Shown here one piece after another: positions 34,137-37,094 of a stretch of DNA of 37,094 nucleotides (the stretch's first letter is position 1; every line of letters starts with the position of its first letter). Both the position numbers and the translations under genes were made by a program. The notes under the pieces are model-generated. The model was not told the DNA's origin, made no database searches, and was given only the letters and a program-made list of their open reading frames with translations. Source of the stretch: Tubiluchus corallicola (taxonomy: Eukaryota; Animalia; Priapulida); the NCBI GenBank assembly GCA_030141605.1, contig JAQGDQ010002438.1:1-37094 (forward strand), written 5' to 3'.

Positions 34137-36249
34137 CTTTAACCAATTCATACTAACAAATAGCGAAAAAAAGCCAATAAATCCGTACACGAATCGACTA
34201 ATTAACGCGCTTGACTCCAAAAATCACATGGACTTTTACAGCGCCGCGAACCTAGCCGATTCGCATAATCTTGAGGTCGCTTTTGTGTTAACGAAAAATG
34301 ATCCTTTTTTCGTGGTCGACCTCGATAACTGCGTGAACGACTCCAAAATAAAAGAGATTTTGCCAGCCGAATCCCGGTATTTAAGCCGCTCAAAAAGAGG
34401 ATACCATATCTGGGGGATTCTGGAGGGTACGCCGCCAGCGCATAAGTGCCGAGCTAAATTAAATAATGGCGTTTCGGCAGAAATTTACTATGAAAATAGG
34501 TATATAATCATAAATAATTATCGCGATCTTATCGTATCAGCTGACCTAAATCCTTGTTTTAATAGATTAATTTCCGACTTTCCCGAAATTTTACGAGAAA
34601 AAATAAAGAGCCCCGATTCGGAAATTCTTAAAAAGCTACAAGCGCATTTAGAATCGGCGAATCGATTCGCCCTAGCGCCAACGCTGAACGATTTTATGAC
34701 AGCTAACGCCGCCCAGCTGGCTAAATTTTATCCATCTCCCTCAAAAAATTCCATTTTCGATCATAGCGCCGCAGACCTTGCGTTTTTGTCCCATCTGGCA
34801 AAGGCGACGGATGGCGATTCGAAACAGACGCTTGAAATTTTTAACACGTCAAAGCTGGCGAATCGGGATAAATGGAGAAATAGAGAAGATTATCGAGATT
34901 CCACATTAAAAAAAGCTGTCGAATCGATCAAGCCGCGTCAAGAACCCGAGGAGTTTAGCCAATTCGAAGACACCGGGATATTAAATAATTGCGTATATAT
35001 TGCCGATGAACATAAATTTTTGCTGCCATCGGGGTTACTGCTCGCCCCCGATTCGTTTAAGGCGCTGTTTTCAGATATCGGTTATCAAATAAAAGACAAA
35101 GACGGCGAACCGGTAAAAAATATTTACAATTATTTCATAAATAGCTCGAAATTTAAGAAGAATAAAGTTGAAAAGCTCGAATTCAATCCGGCGGCTCCCT
35201 TCAAAAATACAAGAGTGGACGAAAGTGGTAGCTATGTGAACACCTGCAAATTAAAAACCCCTTGTACAAATATACATAAAAACCAACCACTTATCCCCCT
35301 TGTGGAACACCTTATCACCGCCTTGCTCCCAGACGAATCGGATCGGGCGATTTTACTATCGTATATGGCGGCGTGTGTCCAGCATGTAGGAAAAAAATTT
35401 CAATGGTGCGTTGTTCTGCAAGGCGTTGAGGGGAACGGGAAGTCAACCCTGATGCAGCTTTTAGCAGATTGTTTCTCCAGAAGTCAGATAAGTTTTCCAG
35501 CGAGTGCCGATCTAAGCGACCGTTTTAACGGCTGGATCCACAGGAAATTATTCATAGGAATCAACGAGATATATGCGCCGGCTGAAAAAGAAGACAGAAC
35601 CGAGACGCTCAAGCCCCTAATTTCCGATTCGACAATCAGGCTAAGAAGGATGCGCCGAGATTCCGAAACAGTCGACAACTTCGCTAATTTTTTCATGTGC
35701 ACGAATCATAAAAATGCCGTCGCGAAAACGGCTAAAGACAGGCGATATTGCGTTTTTTATACGGCGCAGCAAACAGCTGAAGACTTGACAAAAAGCGGCC
35801 TTACGCCAGAATTTTTTTGCAAGCTATACGATTCGATCCGCCCGGGGGTTTTCGAGTCGTGGCTGCGGTCGATTCGAATCGATCCACGGTTCGACCCCGC
35901 TAGGGCGTGCATACGCGCGCCGGCAACCAGCATGCAAAAAGCCATAATTTACAATAGTTTATCAGAATTCGAATGCTTGGTTAGGGATATTATCGACGGC
36001 GGCAGCTGGGGGTTACGAGGTGGCTGGGTGTCTTTGAGCCACCTAACTATCGCGCTAAAAAATTACGGACATACCGTTGCGTCCAACATTTTATCAAAAA
36101 CTGTTAAGGAGCTCGGTTATGATTTTTCCGGCCGGATAAGACTTCCGGTGGGGCTTGGCGGTAACCGCATACGTTTATACACCACGCACAAAAATGATTT
36201 TTTGAATTCCACTGAAATAAAAAACGCTTTTTTGGACGCCCAAAAATAA
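34114..36249 (+). CDS. Primase-polymerase fused to an SF3/D5-like (DUF5906-type) helicase
   Basis: AEP motifs VVDLD and SRSKRGYH; DHSAADLAF...KW.NREDY; Walker A GVEGNGKST, INE, TNH; AGGAGG RBS before GTG. Confidence 0.92.
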   Translation: MHSKKLFNFNQFILTNSEKKPINPYTNRLINALDSKNHMDFYSAANLADSHNLEVAFVLTKNDPFFVVDLDNCVNDSKIKEILPAESRYLSRSKRGYHIWGILEGTPPAHKCRAKLNNGVSAEIYYENRYIIINNYRDLIVSADLNPCFNRLISDFPEILREKIKSPDSEILKKLQAHLESANRFALAPTLNDFMTANAAQLAKFYPSPSKNSIFDHSAADLAFLSHLAKATDGDSKQTLEIFNTSKLANRDKWRNREDYRDSTLKKAVESIKPRQEPEEFSQFEDTGILNNCVYIADEHKFLLPSGLLLAPDSFKALFSDIGYQIKDKDGEPVKNIYNYFINSSKFKKNKVEKLEFNPAAPFKNTRVDESGSYVNTCKLKTPCTNIHKNQPLIPLVEHLITALLPDESDRAILLSYMAACVQHVGKKFQWCVVLQGVEGNGKSTLMQLLADCFSRSQISFPASADLSDRFNGWIHRKLFIGINEIYAPAEKEDRTETLKPLISDSTIRLRRMRRDSETVDNFANFFMCTNHKNAVAKTAKDRRYCVFYTAQQTAEDLTKSGLTPEFFCKLYDSIRPGVFESWLRSIRIDPRFDPARACIRAPATSMQKAIIYNSLSEFECLVRDIIDGGSWGLRGGWVSLSHLTIALKNYGHTVASNILSKTVKELGYDFSGRIRLPVGLGGNRIRLYTTHKNDFLNSTEIKNAFLDAQK

Positions 36250-37094
36250 CCCCGTAACTACTTTGTTACGGGGGAGGTCCTTGTTTTTTGCTCAAAAAAA
36301 AGGGAGGATTTAAAAAGAGCATGCGTAAAAAAGCTACCTGAAAAAATATTCAACAGGCACCTTGTTAATATTAGCAAATTTTACCAAAATGTCAACAGGA
36401 ATTTTACTTCTTTTCGTTTCGTAAAAGCAGTACTGCATTGTCGAAACGCCGAGAATCTCCGCAACATCCCGCTGCAATAAATTATTTTTTTTCCTAACCG
36501 CCCTCATACGAATCGAGACGTTTTCAGTTGAGTAGTCCTCCCTGCGTTCTTCTTTTTTGCCGCCGGTTGGATCCACAGAAAAATTTAGATCAAAAAGGTC
36601 CAAAAGCAGTTGAGCTTTTGAGCACGGCATATCAACTGTACCATTTAGATATTTTTGAAAATTTGTATATGATAATTCTTTACTATTTTTAAAATACGCC
36701 TTTTGCGTGCCGCCCAGCTCATGGATCTTCAGCAGAGCTTCCCGGGTTATATCCCGTTGAATTTTCGAACTTTTTTTCATGTCTTCGGTCCTTTCCATTT
36801 TAAATTTTTACACCTTGTGCGGGCGTAAAGTCGCCACGGTAACCCTCGCAAATATGGCAATTGACGCAATCTCGGCAATCGTAGCAACTGCCGCAAACAT
36901 GGCAATTGACGCAAGCAAGGCAATCGTAGCAATTGTGGCAGTTGCGGCAATGATCACAATTGTTACAATTGCTACAATCCCAGCAACCTTCGCAATCTTG
37001 ACAGTTATCAGGGCAGTTGCGGCAATTGTGGCAGTTGCGGCAATTGTGGCAGTTGCGGCAAAAAGAGCAATCTTCACAATTTTCGCAATTTTCC
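35159..37094. repeat. Terminal direct repeat, copy 2
   Basis: Matches 1-1936. Confidence 0.97.
36334..36798 (-). CDS. Duplicate copy of the HTH regulator (inside the terminal repeat)
   Basis: Identical translation to 1176..1640. Confidence 0.85.
   Translation of the reverse strand: MERTEDMKKSSKIQRDITREALLKIHELGGTQKAYFKNSKELSYTNFQKYLNGTVDMPCSKAQLLLDLFDLNFSVDPTGGKKEERREDYSTENVSIRMRAVRKKNNLLQRDVAEILGVSTMQYCFYETKRSKIPVDILVKFANINKVPVEYFFR

Noticed and set aside
1-37094. Prophage, integrase, Mu-type transposition or an alternative genetic code
   Set aside because: No host flanks, recombinase or transposase motifs despite Mu-like head genes; standard code 11 gives dense full-length genes and all three stop codons are used
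34114-37094. Genuine gene duplication of primase and HTH regulator
   Set aside because: The second copies lie within the matching terminal overlap, which begins and ends mid-gene

Overview
This window is an apparently complete dsDNA tailed phage genome with siphovirus-type organisation. The unit length is 35,158 bp: bases 1-1936 are repeated at 35159-37094, most likely a circular assembly overlap. (i) A rightward late module (3708-21352) encodes terminase, a portal fused to a MuF-like domain, protease, Mu gpT-like capsid, neck, tail tube, a tail chaperone with a lambda-type GGGAAAG -1 frameshift, tape measure, tail tip/fibre proteins and a GH24 lysozyme. (ii) Two parallel leftward accessory cassettes (1176-3205 and 21339-23033) flank the late module. 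They are driven by repeated sigma70 promoter/RBS units, and each contains a tandem pair of paralogous proteins with a constant N-terminal domain and a variable (Cxx)n repeat. (iii) Two convergent orphan DNA methyltransferases follow (m5C and Dam-like m6A). (iv) A leftward operon encodes a DUF2800-like nuclease, SSB, PolA and a beta-clamp-like protein, then a displaced lysis cluster: a catalytically degenerate M15-peptidase homologue, a holin-like protein and spanin-like proteins. (v) A rightward operon encodes an SF2 helicase, VRR-NUC and a primase-helicase. No integrase, tRNA, CRISPR array or reverse transcriptase is evident. The spanin-like lipoprotein suggests a Gram-negative host. The most unusual signals are the four-member Cys-repeat family in duplicated promoter cassettes, a highly iterated palindrome CGAWTCG (about 70 copies by eye) and the split lysis system. 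All family calls come from motif recognition and synteny, not database searches.
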